A stretch of DNA of 64,000 nucleotides from a virus. The position numbers and the translations under genes were made by a program. The notes under the pieces were generated by a model. That model saw only the letters and a program-made list of their open reading frames with translations, ran no database searches and had not been told where the DNA came from. Where the stretch lies: IMG/VR virus record IMGVR_UViG_3300032242_000550, positions 64,001 to 128,000 of that record. The stretch is one strand, 5' to 3'. Positions 11,028-20,645 of the stretch are shown in pieces (within the stretch, counting starts at the first letter, position 1; each line of letters starts with the position of its first letter).

Positions 11028-13457
11028 TTATGCTCCGCCCCTTGGTCTTCCAGTAACTGGTTCTTCTCTGCCACCTTGATTAGCAGGTTGTTTTGTAGGA
11101 TTTACTACATTTTCATCATCTGGTTGAGAGGCAGCATTAAGAGCTTTATTTGTATTATTTGCTCCGGCAGCTGCGGCTAATCTTGCTGTTTCAGCTAATG
11201 ATTGATTTGGTGCATAAGCGTATCTATTACCTGCATTAGCTAATCTATTACTTTCTACAGCCGATTGATTACCGGTATTTTCAAATCTAGTAGATGATGC
11301 AGTAGGTCTGCCAGCTTCATTGTTAGATGTTTTGGATATTAAATCAGTCATGGGATTTATTCTACAGTCTAGCTCTTGTGTAAATTTACCTTTTGAAAAG
11401 GTGCTATTTACTTCTATAACTTGGTAACTTATACCTTTAACTTTTGACGCAACTTCCTTAGGATATTCCCAAAATAATATAGATTCATTTATACTTAATA
11501 ATCCATTATCATTATTATAATCTTCTGCTTCTTTGAAATCTATTTCAATAAATACTTGCCCACCATTTGGATTAATAGTAAATCCATTACCATAAAATTG
11601 ACGATATACTTGGTTTACCGAGCTAGGGCTTTCTTGTACTAAAAAGTCAGGGTCACCCATAATAGTAACTTTTGCTGAGGCAAATGTACCAGGATCAAAT
11701 AAACTAGTTAAATAAGAGTTTTGTGCTTCTTTACCGACATCTAATTTACCTGTTCTATCTTCATTTTGTCGTTTTCCGGGTACTGTAGGAATGTCTTGTC
11801 CGCCACCTTGGCTAGCAGGTGCACCGGTTGGATTTAATGCTGCTAAAAAATATGCATTATCTAATTTTTGTTCATAATTTATAATTTCTGAATTATGCCC
11901 AGTAAACCAATACTCATATCTTTTATGTGGTCCATAATATGATGTGGCTGTATTTACATATGGACTAGTAACATACGGAGTTTGATATGGCTGTATCACA
12001 TATGTAATTTCATACGCAAAATCACCTATTACAGTATCAAATCCTATACATTTAACTTCGGCACCTAAATTATACCATTTAATAGGGTTTGGTGTAGTAT
12101 CCGGAATATCAGGACCACCTTTGTTTGCCGGCGGCGGTTGATTAGTTGATTTTATAACTACATTTAGTGCATCGGTCAAATAGGTACTTTGTGAAATGAT
12201 TGAACTTATTGCTTGCATTATAGATATATCATTAGCAAAAGTAATAGTCCTACTATTACTATTAGGTGTAGCAGTTACAGAGACCCCTTCATTAACCTCA
12301 TTAATATTTGCCGCTAAACTCATAGGCCATAATGATTTATTTACATCAGCGATACTTACAATTGATGCACCACCTATTTCTTTTTCAGAATTTCCCAAAT
12401 ATCTAATCTTATTATAAACATTTGGTATAATACCTTCAACAGATGTAGTTCTTGTATTTTTTCTATTTTGTTGATATTCATTTAATTGATCTATTAAACT
12501 GTTTAATACTTGATCTACCGTTTTACCTTGATATCTTCCACCACGGTCTAGTCTACCATATTTTACTCCATATGCAGTGTTAGGTGCAATGGGAGCTGCT
12601 GTAATACTATATACGGTCATCTTACCATCAAGTTTAAATTTAAAACTTTTAATTACGATGTCAAAAAATCGTTCATACACTCCACCAGAATCGCCGGTTA
12701 TATCTATTTTATCTTGATTATATGTTGTACTTGATGAAATTTCTTTTCCGTTTTCATCATATCCTTGAAATCTAACGCCTAATATAAAAAACTGTCTGCT
12801 AGGATTGGATAAATCTGGATAATTTTTTAATTTACTTTTATTTCGCAACAATTGAGCCGCATTTGTTATTTTTGACACAAACGAAAATCCATATGGTTCG
12901 TAAATATTAAATGAAATATCACTATCATTAGATGCTGTTCCGGTTGCAGGGCCAGCGGTCTTAGTCTTGATCTTTAAATCATCTATATAAAAATCATAAT
13001 CAAATGCACGTTTACTTGTTTTATTGTTTATACCACCGCTTTGTGCTATAATATATGCACCTGACATACTGTTTTCAACTTCTGTAGCAACTTGTGGATT
13101 TGCAGTATTGTTAATAGCATTAATATTATTTCTACCTGATTGTATAAATGCATCATAAGCGTCAGGTGTTATCATATATAAAGTGATTTGATATGTATAA
13201 CTTGATAAGCTAGCTAAAGGGTTTTGTGGTCGCATCCCAGGCTTTTGGCTATCAGGTGCTGATGTTGCAGCCTTAGCAGGTCTATCATCGGTAATAACTA
13301 TTTCTGGACCAACACCTTGATTGCCGGTTACTGACGAAACGGGACCGTTTGCAGGCTTTATACGATTACTATTATCTCCATCAGCAGATCCGGTAAGATT
13401 ATTGTTATCGGGTGTTGAAGATATTACATTACCTAACTCATCGTAAATAATTGCCAT
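11028..13457 (-). CDS. Baseplate hub / tail protein (gp27-like by position)
   Basis: 809 aa between the LysM/gp53-like and gp5-like genes; C-terminal AKVTIMGDPDFL and YQVIEVNSTFSKGKFTQEL resemble hub proteins. Confidence 0.55.
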   Translation of the reverse strand: MAIIYDELGNVISSTPDNNNLTGSADGDNSNRIKPANGPVSSVTGNQGVGPEIVITDDRPAKAATSAPDSQKPGMRPQNPLASLSSYTYQITLYMITPDAYDAFIQSGRNNINAINNTANPQVATEVENSMSGAYIIAQSGGINNKTSKRAFDYDFYIDDLKIKTKTAGPATGTASNDSDISFNIYEPYGFSFVSKITNAAQLLRNKSKLKNYPDLSNPSRQFFILGVRFQGYDENGKEISSSTTYNQDKIDITGDSGGVYERFFDIVIKSFKFKLDGKMTVYSITAAPIAPNTAYGVKYGRLDRGGRYQGKTVDQVLNSLIDQLNEYQQNRKNTRTTSVEGIIPNVYNKIRYLGNSEKEIGGASIVSIADVNKSLWPMSLAANINEVNEGVSVTATPNSNSRTITFANDISIMQAISSIISQSTYLTDALNVVIKSTNQPPPANKGGPDIPDTTPNPIKWYNLGAEVKCIGFDTVIGDFAYEITYVIQPYQTPYVTSPYVNTATSYYGPHKRYEYWFTGHNSEIINYEQKLDNAYFLAALNPTGAPASQGGGQDIPTVPGKRQNEDRTGKLDVGKEAQNSYLTSLFDPGTFASAKVTIMGDPDFLVQESPSSVNQVYRQFYGNGFTINPNGGQVFIEIDFKEAEDYNNDNGLLSINESILFWEYPKEVASKVKGISYQVIEVNSTFSKGKFTQELDCRINPMTDLISKTSNNEAGRPTASSTRFENTGNQSAVESNRLANAGNRYAYAPNQSLAETARLAAAAGANNTNKALNAASQPDDENVVNPTKQPANQGGREEPVTGRPRGGA

Positions 13458-13769
13458 TTATAGTCCCAATAACTGTTTTAAGAAATCTGCCTTAGGTAAA
13501 TATATACCCACACCGGCTACGAAATCAAAATAAGGATCTTTTAATCTGTTTGGATTACGCTGTGCAAATACCCACCACAATCTACTATCACTATATAAGT
13601 CATATGCTAACATATCTGGACGATATTCATATAGTAATGTTATTTCCCAATATATATCTGATGGCTGTTTAAGTATAGGCCTATCTACCATTATATCTAA
13701 AAATTTACTATTAACTATGTCTGTCGTATAGTATGGACTTGTTGCTGGATATATTGCATTATTTGACAT
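13458..13769 (-). CDS. Baseplate wedge protein, gp53-like (LysM-like)
   Basis: YEYRPDMLAYDLYSDSRLWWVFAQRNP motif. Start moved to the ATG at 13769, which overlaps the upstream stop (TAATG). Confidence 0.75.
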   Translation of the reverse strand: MSNNAIYPATSPYYTTDIVNSKFLDIMVDRPILKQPSDIYWEITLLYEYRPDMLAYDLYSDSRLWWVFAQRNPNRLKDPYFDFVAGVGIYLPKADFLKQLLGL

Positions 13770-15052
13770 TACCAAATTCCTCCGCCATTGCGTTTACTAC
13801 CTTGTAATAATGAACCATTGGCATATTCTCTTACACTAAACTTATTACTTATATCATTACGTGTTACAATTGGATATGCAACTAATGCTATTTGAATCTT
13901 TGTAGGCACATACGTAGGCTCTGTGTTTGTTGCTTTTGACCAATTAGGAGCACTCTCAGTACCACCAAAATTTAAACCACTAACTTGCAATCTACGACAT
14001 GACGTACTGTCATCTACAACTATACTATTACCACTGTCGTATCCACTTGAATTAACTCCGGATAATAATGTTGGACTACCTGCTCGTATATAGTCCACAT
14101 CATTGGGTAAATTATAATTAAATGAACTTATTACCAATGGATGTCTATCAAATTGAAACCCACCCAAGCCAGTTAAATAACATAACGGTGGAGGTGTACC
14201 AGGTTTGGGTAATTGGTCTCGACCATAAAACATCTTAGTAACACTTCTAAAGAAATGTATACATGCTAACATGTAATTAGCTTCTTCTGTGTCCTGTGCT
14301 GTAAAATCACATGTTATACTAATTTGGTCTATACTACTGTTTTTATATTGAAATATTTTATAGTTACTATGTATTAATTCACCTGCATCATAATGTGCGG
14401 CATAGGTAACTTGTATTTGAGGTGTATATGGAAATATCACACCATCTGTTTTTTGTAACGGTTGTAGTATACCTGGATCTTGTGCTTTATATAAATATCC
14501 TGCACTTGGTGCTAAACTTAATCTTACACGCCAATCACCCTGTGTTTTTGCATTTTCTGCATCTTGGGTAATTTGTTGTGCTCTAGCGTTATCCACTGAC
14601 CCTTGTAAACCTTGCATTCCACCATATGCATTAATAATATCTTGTTCTGTTCTAGGTGGAGTATTATTGGCCTCTTCTTCTGCTTTTGCTCTTGCCGCTT
14701 CAAAAGGATCTTCATTTCCTACCGTAGCAGGATCTTGATTCTCAATAGTTTCAGTATTTGTAGTAGTATTTGTATCAGGGTCTGTGGTAGGTTCAGGAGT
14801 CTTATTCTCTACTACAGGTGGTTTGGGTTTAGGTGCTGGTTGCACCGGTGGGGTTGTTGCGGCAGTTATCTGTGCCTGTATTGTGGCAATATTTTGATTT
14901 AATATTGCTACTTCAGCTTTTAATTTCGCAATATAAGCGGCATTCATCTGATAGTTAGGATTAATGTTGGCTAGGCTTTGGAGTTTTATCCTCAATGACT
15001 CTTTGAGAGCCGCTAGCTCTAGGTTTAATGCGTCTATATTAGCTGATGCCAT
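13769..15052 (-). CDS. Baseplate-tail tube initiator (gp48/gp54-like)
   Basis: 427 aa; GVIFPYTPQIQV..Y, ISITCDFTAQ..EA, PPPLCYL.G.G, PLVISSFNYNLP.DVDY are tube-fold-like motifs; first gene of the baseplate operon. Confidence 0.6.
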   Translation of the reverse strand: MASANIDALNLELAALKESLRIKLQSLANINPNYQMNAAYIAKLKAEVAILNQNIATIQAQITAATTPPVQPAPKPKPPVVENKTPEPTTDPDTNTTTNTETIENQDPATVGNEDPFEAARAKAEEEANNTPPRTEQDIINAYGGMQGLQGSVDNARAQQITQDAENAKTQGDWRVRLSLAPSAGYLYKAQDPGILQPLQKTDGVIFPYTPQIQVTYAAHYDAGELIHSNYKIFQYKNSSIDQISITCDFTAQDTEEANYMLACIHFFRSVTKMFYGRDQLPKPGTPPPLCYLTGLGGFQFDRHPLVISSFNYNLPNDVDYIRAGSPTLLSGVNSSGYDSGNSIVVDDSTSCRRLQVSGLNFGGTESAPNWSKATNTEPTYVPTKIQIALVAYPIVTRNDISNKFSVREYANGSLLQGSKRNGGGIW

Positions 15053-15066
15053 GGATTTATACCTTT

Positions 15067-15083
15067 ACTAAATACTATTTATC
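15067..15083. promoter_or_regulatory. Opposed late promoters (ACTAAATA on +, GATAAATA on -)
   Basis: actaaata-c-tatttatc in the divergent gap between the baseplate operon and gp55. Confidence 0.5.
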
Positions 15084-15115
15084 GCTATAAAATTTACCCT
15101 TTTTCTATATTATTG

Positions 15116-15144
15116 TTGCTTTTACACAACAAAAGTGTTACAAT
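15116..15144 (+). promoter_or_regulatory. Sigma70-type promoter for gp55
   Basis: TTGCTT-N17-TACAAT with extended -10 TG; AAGGA RBS precedes ATG 15169. Confidence 0.65.
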
Positions 15145-15168
15145 ATATAAAAACATAACAAGGAAACT

Positions 15169-16080
15169 ATGTCTCTACTACCCGCGCCACGTAAACCAGT
15201 AAACTATCTTAATAATAAAGATATTCTAAAAGAAATACATGAAAGTAAAAACGCATATTGCTGTTTCACTAAACCAGAATATCATCGCTATGACTACATC
15301 ATAGATATGCCACAAGCACCAATTGATGAAAGTTTAGCATACGCCTATAAACCAGAAACTATTCAACAAGCAAAAGAAACACGTGCATTACGTCTTAGCT
15401 TGGAACAAGGTAGTAAAGACGCAGTTAGTCCAGATTCAATAGAATTAACAGATTTAGTGTTTCGTGTTATGACTTGGGATCATGTTCCAGTCGCACCAAA
15501 ACAACCCCGCAAAACAGTTAAAAAGAAAACAGCAAAAGATATATTTGAGTTTGAAGAAACTGACCCAGATGAAATCTTTGCTGACCTAGAAGATACAACT
15601 ACTAAAGCTGAAGTGGACGATATGGTTCATGTTAAAGTTAACTTTCCCCCATTCCAACATTACAAAATTGATTCAAATAATACATTCTACTGTGTGGGCA
15701 AAAGTCATTGGGAAGGTGATTTAGAAAACGGCAACTTTAATAAGGACCACGGTAAGATTACAAATAAACTTGCCCGTATGTATATTATGATGTGCGAAAA
15801 ATATGCAATGAAATATAATTGGCGTGGATATACATACAACGATGAGATGCGTAATTCAGCCATCTTACAATTAACATACGTAGGATTACGTTTCAATGAG
15901 GCTAAAAGTGCTAACCCATTCGCTTACTACACAGCCGCTATAACTAATAGCTTCTGCCGTGTATTGAATACAGAAAAGCGCAACCAAAACATACGTGACG
16001 ATATCTTAGAGATTAACGGTCTCAATCCAAGTTGGAGTCGCCAAGGCTCTGGATCAAGCAGTACAGTTTACGAAGAATAA
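15169..16080 (+). CDS. gp55: Late-transcription sigma factor, T4 gp55-like
   Basis: NYLNNKDILKEI and YNWRGYTYNDEM..AIL....LRFN..KSANPFAYYT..ITNSF.R....EK; directly upstream of gp47/gp46 as in T4. Confidence 0.85.
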   Translation: MSLLPAPRKPVNYLNNKDILKEIHESKNAYCCFTKPEYHRYDYIIDMPQAPIDESLAYAYKPETIQQAKETRALRLSLEQGSKDAVSPDSIELTDLVFRVMTWDHVPVAPKQPRKTVKKKTAKDIFEFEETDPDEIFADLEDTTTKAEVDDMVHVKVNFPPFQHYKIDSNNTFYCVGKSHWEGDLENGNFNKDHGKITNKLARMYIMMCEKYAMKYNWRGYTYNDEMRNSAILQLTYVGLRFNEAKSANPFAYYTAAITNSFCRVLNTEKRNQNIRDDILEINGLNPSWSRQGSGSSSTVYEE

Positions 16081-16093
16081 ATCAAGTTTTACG

Positions 16094-16130
16094 CCCTAAA
16101 TGATAAATAAGTAAGATATTCATTTAGGGA
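16094..16130 (+). promoter_or_regulatory. Late promoter GATAAATA (16102-16109) inside an RBS-sequestering hairpin
   Basis: Perfect 10-bp stem ccctaaatga (16094-16103)/tcatttaggg (16120-16129) covers the AGGGA RBS. Confidence 0.7.
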
Positions 16131-16136
16131 TAAAAT

Positions 16137-16898
16137 ATGTTTATATACAAAGTCACCGTAATTCCACTTAATCAAATATACATTGGTTTGGATACCAAAC
16201 CAGAATATAAAAAAGCAAGATGGAAGACACACATCAAAGAATCTATCAATAATCCAAAGGGAAAATTTCATATTGCAATACATAACCATGGTGTTGAAAA
16301 TTGCGTATATGAAGTAATAGAAAATGGTTTTGATTCAATATCAAAACTTGCTCTGGCTGAGATAAGATATATTAAACAACACGATTCTTACAAGAATGGG
16401 TTAAACAGTACACCGGGTGGGGATGGACTGAATAATGATCTCACTATATTTAATGATGATGAAGTAGCTCTTATACGTAATGCGTTGGGTGAAAAATGGA
16501 GGGAGTTCAACAAGAAAAAATGGTCTGATACTACTGAAGAACAAAGAAAAGAAATGATTAAACATTGTCATACTGAAGATGCTAATCTCAGTCGTGCAGA
16601 AACATTAAGGAACTATTATGATAATGTACCCGGTTCCAAAGAAAAACATAGTGCCGGTATTAAAGAATGGCAAAAAGAAAATCCAGAGCTTGCAAAAAAA
16701 TATAGAATACAAAATGGATTAAAGGGTGCAGAGAAAACTTCTAAGAAGGTTACCTTAATGCGTGACACCGGTGAAATAGAAGTTTATAATAGTATTAGTG
16801 AGTTCCAAAGACAAACAGGTCAATGGATGTGTACTATTAGAGAAAAATCACAAAAAGGAGAATTTTACAATGGTTATAAAATTAAGGATATTGAATGA
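16137..16898 (+). CDS. Free-standing GIY-YIG (Seg-like) homing endonuclease
   Basis: FIYKVT...IYIG, ARWKTH, E..YI...DSYKNGLNSTPGG; inserted between gp55 and gp47; stop overlaps the gp47 start (ATGA). Confidence 0.8.
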   Translation: MFIYKVTVIPLNQIYIGLDTKPEYKKARWKTHIKESINNPKGKFHIAIHNHGVENCVYEVIENGFDSISKLALAEIRYIKQHDSYKNGLNSTPGGDGLNNDLTIFNDDEVALIRNALGEKWREFNKKKWSDTTEEQRKEMIKHCHTEDANLSRAETLRNYYDNVPGSKEKHSAGIKEWQKENPELAKKYRIQNGLKGAEKTSKKVTLMRDTGEIEVYNSISEFQRQTGQWMCTIREKSQKGEFYNGYKIKDIE

Positions 16899-17908
16899 AT
16901 CTATTTAAAAAGGCAGCAGTCCTAACAGATATTCATTTTGGATTGAAGTCAAACAGCCTACAACATAATCAAGACTGTGCCAATTTTGTAGATTGGTTCA
17001 TTACTAAAGCAAAAAGTGAGGGCTGTGAAACCTGTTTCTTTTTAGGTGATTATAACCATCATCGTGCTAGTATCAATATACATACATTACAATTTGGCTT
17101 ACAAGCACTGGAGAAATTAAATGCCGCATTTACACAAGTTTTCTTTATTCCGGGCAATCATGATTTGTATTATCGTGATCGCCGTGATATACATTCTGTA
17201 GAGTGGGCTAAACATCTACCCAATCTTACTATCGTTAATGACTTCTTCACTGCAGGTGATGTAACTATTGCACCCTGGTTAGTACAGGATGATTATAAGA
17301 AACTACAAAAAATGAGTGGCAAATATATGTTTGGTCATTTTGAATTGCCACACTTCCATATGAACGCAATGATAGAGATGCCCGATCATGGTGAACTTAA
17401 TAGTGACCATGTAAGTGGATTTGATAAAGTATTCAGTGGTCATTTTCATAAACGACAAAGCAAAAAGAACATTTGGTACATAGGTAATTGTTTCCCGCAT
17501 AACTATGCAGATGCAGGTGATGACGCACGTGGTATGATGATATTAGAATGGGGACAAGACCCGCAATTCTTTAGTTGGCCTAGACAACCATTATATCGTG
17601 TATATAAACTAAGTGATGTACTAGAAAACCCTGAGGGCTTGCTATTGATTGACAGTCATGTTCGTGTGCATTTAGATATCAACGTAAGTTACGAGGAAGC
17701 TAATTTTTTACGAGAAACATTTATACCTGAATATAAACTCCGTGAAATGGCTTTAATACCCACCAAATCAGATCCAACAGATCATATTTCAGGAGCTGAG
17801 GGATTAAAGTTTGAATCAGTAGATCAGATTGTTATAGAACAGATCAATAATATTGAATCAAATACATTTGATAAGAAATTATTATTAAACATATATAATA
17901 ACCTATGA
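16895..17908 (+). CDS. gp47: Recombination nuclease subunit, gp47 / Mre11-SbcD-like
   Basis: Phosphoesterase motifs TDIHFG, LGDY, PGNHD, FGHFE, SGHFH. Confidence 0.9.
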   Translation: MNLFKKAAVLTDIHFGLKSNSLQHNQDCANFVDWFITKAKSEGCETCFFLGDYNHHRASINIHTLQFGLQALEKLNAAFTQVFFIPGNHDLYYRDRRDIHSVEWAKHLPNLTIVNDFFTAGDVTIAPWLVQDDYKKLQKMSGKYMFGHFELPHFHMNAMIEMPDHGELNSDHVSGFDKVFSGHFHKRQSKKNIWYIGNCFPHNYADAGDDARGMMILEWGQDPQFFSWPRQPLYRVYKLSDVLENPEGLLLIDSHVRVHLDINVSYEEANFLRETFIPEYKLREMALIPTKSDPTDHISGAEGLKFESVDQIVIEQINNIESNTFDKKLLLNIYNNL

Positions 17909-18421
17909 CCCCAATGACCAACCTTTTACTGCTTTGCGTAAACCTCGGAATAACAAATTGACAGTACCTTTATTCGCATTGTATGTTTGGATAAAATCAT
18001 ACCTGGTCATATATACTTCTTCTTTAGTTACTTTATGTTTCCAATGATATAAGGTAGGATCGTACCTATAATTATTAACACCTGTATGGGCAACTATGTT
18101 TTTTAATAATGTTTTTTCAGTTTTTTGAGGATGATATTTACCACAAGCAAAACCCCCGCCGTCTTCAGGAATAAGATTGGCCCATTGTTTACTTTCAACA
18201 ATTGACCACGCTTTACTGTAGAACAATCCCCAACTTCTCAACGATTCTTTTGAGAAGCACTTTTGAAGAATTTGTGTATTATGTTCTTTCCCGTGTTTCT
18301 TAAGGTGTCGTTTCCAGATAGTACCGGATCCCTTATAATTAAATGGTTCTTGTACTGTCTGACAAAGATATTTCAGACCAGTAACTTTATGAGTCTTAAC
18401 CAATAGGTAATAAATAATCAT
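17903..18421 (-). CDS. Free-standing GIY-YIG-like homing endonuclease (antisense insertion)
   Basis: YLLVKTHKVTGLKYLCQT, YKGSGTIWKRHLKKHG, WANLIPEDG; convergent 6-bp overlap with the gp47 end. Confidence 0.65.
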   Translation of the reverse strand: MIIYYLLVKTHKVTGLKYLCQTVQEPFNYKGSGTIWKRHLKKHGKEHNTQILQKCFSKESLRSWGLFYSKAWSIVESKQWANLIPEDGGGFACGKYHPQKTEKTLLKNIVAHTGVNNYRYDPTLYHWKHKVTKEEVYMTRYDFIQTYNANKGTVNLLFRGLRKAVKGWSLGS

Positions 18422-18489
18422 GCTGATGCTCCTTTGTAGCGTTAGAGTAGTTGGGAATTCCCGTTCCGCGAACTACACTAGTATTTATT
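18422..18489 (-). promoter_or_regulatory. Late promoter (AATAAATA) plus structured 5' leader of the endonuclease gene
   Basis: Minus strand: ATAAATA ct AGTGTAGTT cgcggaacgggaattccc AACTACTCT aac GCT acaaagg AGC atcagc ATG; long stem plus a small hairpin over the AAGGAG RBS. Confidence 0.6.
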
Positions 18490-18498
18490 CCAATTAGT

Positions 18499-18527
18499 TT
18501 GAAATGTCTACACGAACTATGTATAAT
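18499..18527 (+). promoter_or_regulatory. Sigma70-type promoter for gp46
   Basis: TTGAAA-N17-TATAAT, 8 nt before ATG 18536. Confidence 0.65.
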
Positions 18528-18535
18528 AAAAGAAT

Positions 18536-20611
18536 ATGAGCATTACCCTAAAGAATATTACCCTTCGCAACTTCCTTTCAATAGGACAATTAACACAAGC
18601 TGTTAGCTTTGATAGACAAGACTTAACACTTATTCTAGGTGAAAACTTAGACTTAGGTGGTGACGGCGCTCGTAATGGTACAGGTAAGACCACTCTCATT
18701 CAGGGTCTATCCTATGCACTATTCGGTATACCAATCAATAGCATTCGTAAAGATAACCTAGTAAATCGTACAAATGGTAAAGCCATGATGGTTACGCTAG
18801 AGTTTAGCGTAGACGGTGTTGACTATAAGATTGAACGCGGGCGTAAGCCAAACATTCTTAAGTTCTATGTTAATGATGTACAAGAAAAAACAACAGAGGA
18901 TCAACAAGGCGAGAACAAAGAAACACAACAATCTATTGAACGTGTGATTCATATGAGTGCTGACATGTTCAAACATATCGTTGCATTGAATACATATAGT
19001 GAACCATTCTTGGCATTAAAAACTAATGACCAACGTGCTATTATTGAACAATTGCTTGGTATTACACTACTATCTGAAAAAGCTGAGGTCATTAAGAACT
19101 TGATCCGTGATAGTAAAGATAATATTCAAGCAGAAGAATATCGTGTTAAGGGTATTGAAGAGGCTAACAAGCGTGTTAAAGAACAAATTGATGCTATCAA
19201 GCGTAGACAAACATTATGGCTTAAGAAACATGATGAAGATTTAGCTAGCTATGCGTTAGAGTATGATGAGTTACTAAAGATTGATATTGATAGTGAGTTG
19301 TTAGCGCACAAAGAATTGAATAATTGGGTTAAACAAAAACAAGATCAAGATACATATAATGCATTAATTGCACGTTCTACCGCATGGCAACAAAAACATG
19401 ACACTGACGTATCTATAGCACATAAAGCCTACTTGCTTAAAAATGAGTATGACATTGAGTCTGAATTACAAGCTTGGGCCAATTTAAAAGATTGGCTGCA
19501 CGATGATGCTGAACAAAAATCTATTGCAACTAATATTGATACCCTAACCAAAAGTATTACAAAAGAAAAAAAATTAATTGAAAAATTAATTCGGGAAGTA
19601 AAAGAATTAGAGGATCATAAGTGTTATGCTTGTGGTCAAGACTTCCATGATGATAAGCATGAACAAGTTACAAAAGAAAAGACAACATTACTTGAAAGTG
19701 CTAAAGCCGATTTAGCTGTACTTGAAACACAACTAGCAACTAATCAATCATTGGTTACTACATTAGGTTCTAAACCTACACCATCATACAAAACAGAAGC
19801 AGAGGCTATCCGTCATAGTGGAGATGTAGCTAACTTAAAGAAAGTATGGGAAGATAAAAAACAAGAGTCTAATCCATTCAGTGAACAGTTAAGTGAGTTG
19901 ACTACTATAGTGTTAGGTCCTCAACCAGTTACTCATTATGATAATGAACGTGAAGCAATTGAACATCGGGGTAAAGTAAGTGCAATACTACAACAGATTC
20001 AAAACAAAGCAGAAGAAACTGATCCATATGCTGAACAAGTAGTAGAGATGGAGAGTAATGCATTACAAGCTATTGACTTTGATGTTATTAATAAATTAAC
20101 AAGAACCATGGAACATCAGAAGTTTTTATTAGATTTATTAGTTAGCAAAGATAGTTTTGTACGTAAGAAGATTATTGACCAGAATTTAAGTTACTTGAAT
20201 CAACGATTGACACATTACTTAGACAAGATCGGTTTACCACATCAAGTTATCTTCCAGAATGACTTACAGGTTGAGATTACAGAATTAGGGCGTGAGCTTG
20301 ATTTTGATAATTTAAGTCGCGGTGAGCGTAATAGATTGATTCTTGGCTTAAGTTTTGCGTTTAGAGATGTATGGGAGAGTTTATATCGCCCTATCAATAC
20401 ATTGTTTATTGATGAGTTGATTGATAGTGGTCTTGACACTATGGGTGTTGAGAATGCTATTGCGATTCTTAAAGACATGAGCCGACGCAGACAAAAGAGT
20501 ATTTGGCTTGTAAGTCACCGTGAAGAATTAGCTGGGCGTGTGCCTAGTGTTCTTAAAGTGATTAAGGAGCATGGTTTTACGAGCTACTCAACCGCAGTTG
20601 ATACAGAATAA
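18536..20611 (+). CDS. gp46: Recombination ATPase subunit, gp46 / Rad50-SbcC-like
   Basis: LRNFLS, Walker A NGTGKTT, zinc hook CYAC, signature LSRGE, Walker B LFIDE, H-loop VSH. Confidence 0.92.
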   Translation: MSITLKNITLRNFLSIGQLTQAVSFDRQDLTLILGENLDLGGDGARNGTGKTTLIQGLSYALFGIPINSIRKDNLVNRTNGKAMMVTLEFSVDGVDYKIERGRKPNILKFYVNDVQEKTTEDQQGENKETQQSIERVIHMSADMFKHIVALNTYSEPFLALKTNDQRAIIEQLLGITLLSEKAEVIKNLIRDSKDNIQAEEYRVKGIEEANKRVKEQIDAIKRRQTLWLKKHDEDLASYALEYDELLKIDIDSELLAHKELNNWVKQKQDQDTYNALIARSTAWQQKHDTDVSIAHKAYLLKNEYDIESELQAWANLKDWLHDDAEQKSIATNIDTLTKSITKEKKLIEKLIREVKELEDHKCYACGQDFHDDKHEQVTKEKTTLLESAKADLAVLETQLATNQSLVTTLGSKPTPSYKTEAEAIRHSGDVANLKKVWEDKKQESNPFSEQLSELTTIVLGPQPVTHYDNEREAIEHRGKVSAILQQIQNKAEETDPYAEQVVEMESNALQAIDFDVINKLTRTMEHQKFLLDLLVSKDSFVRKKIIDQNLSYLNQRLTHYLDKIGLPHQVIFQNDLQVEITELGRELDFDNLSRGERNRLILGLSFAFRDVWESLYRPINTLFIDELIDSGLDTMGVENAIAILKDMSRRRQKSIWLVSHREELAGRVPSVLKVIKEHGFTSYSTAVDTE

Positions 20612-20645
20612 TTTCAAATAGACACAGAGACAGATAAGTATTAAC

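Noticed and set aside
15116-15121. T4 MotA box (TTGCTT)
   Set aside because: It lies 17 bp from the -10 hexamer, which fits a -35 element rather than the shorter MotA spacing.
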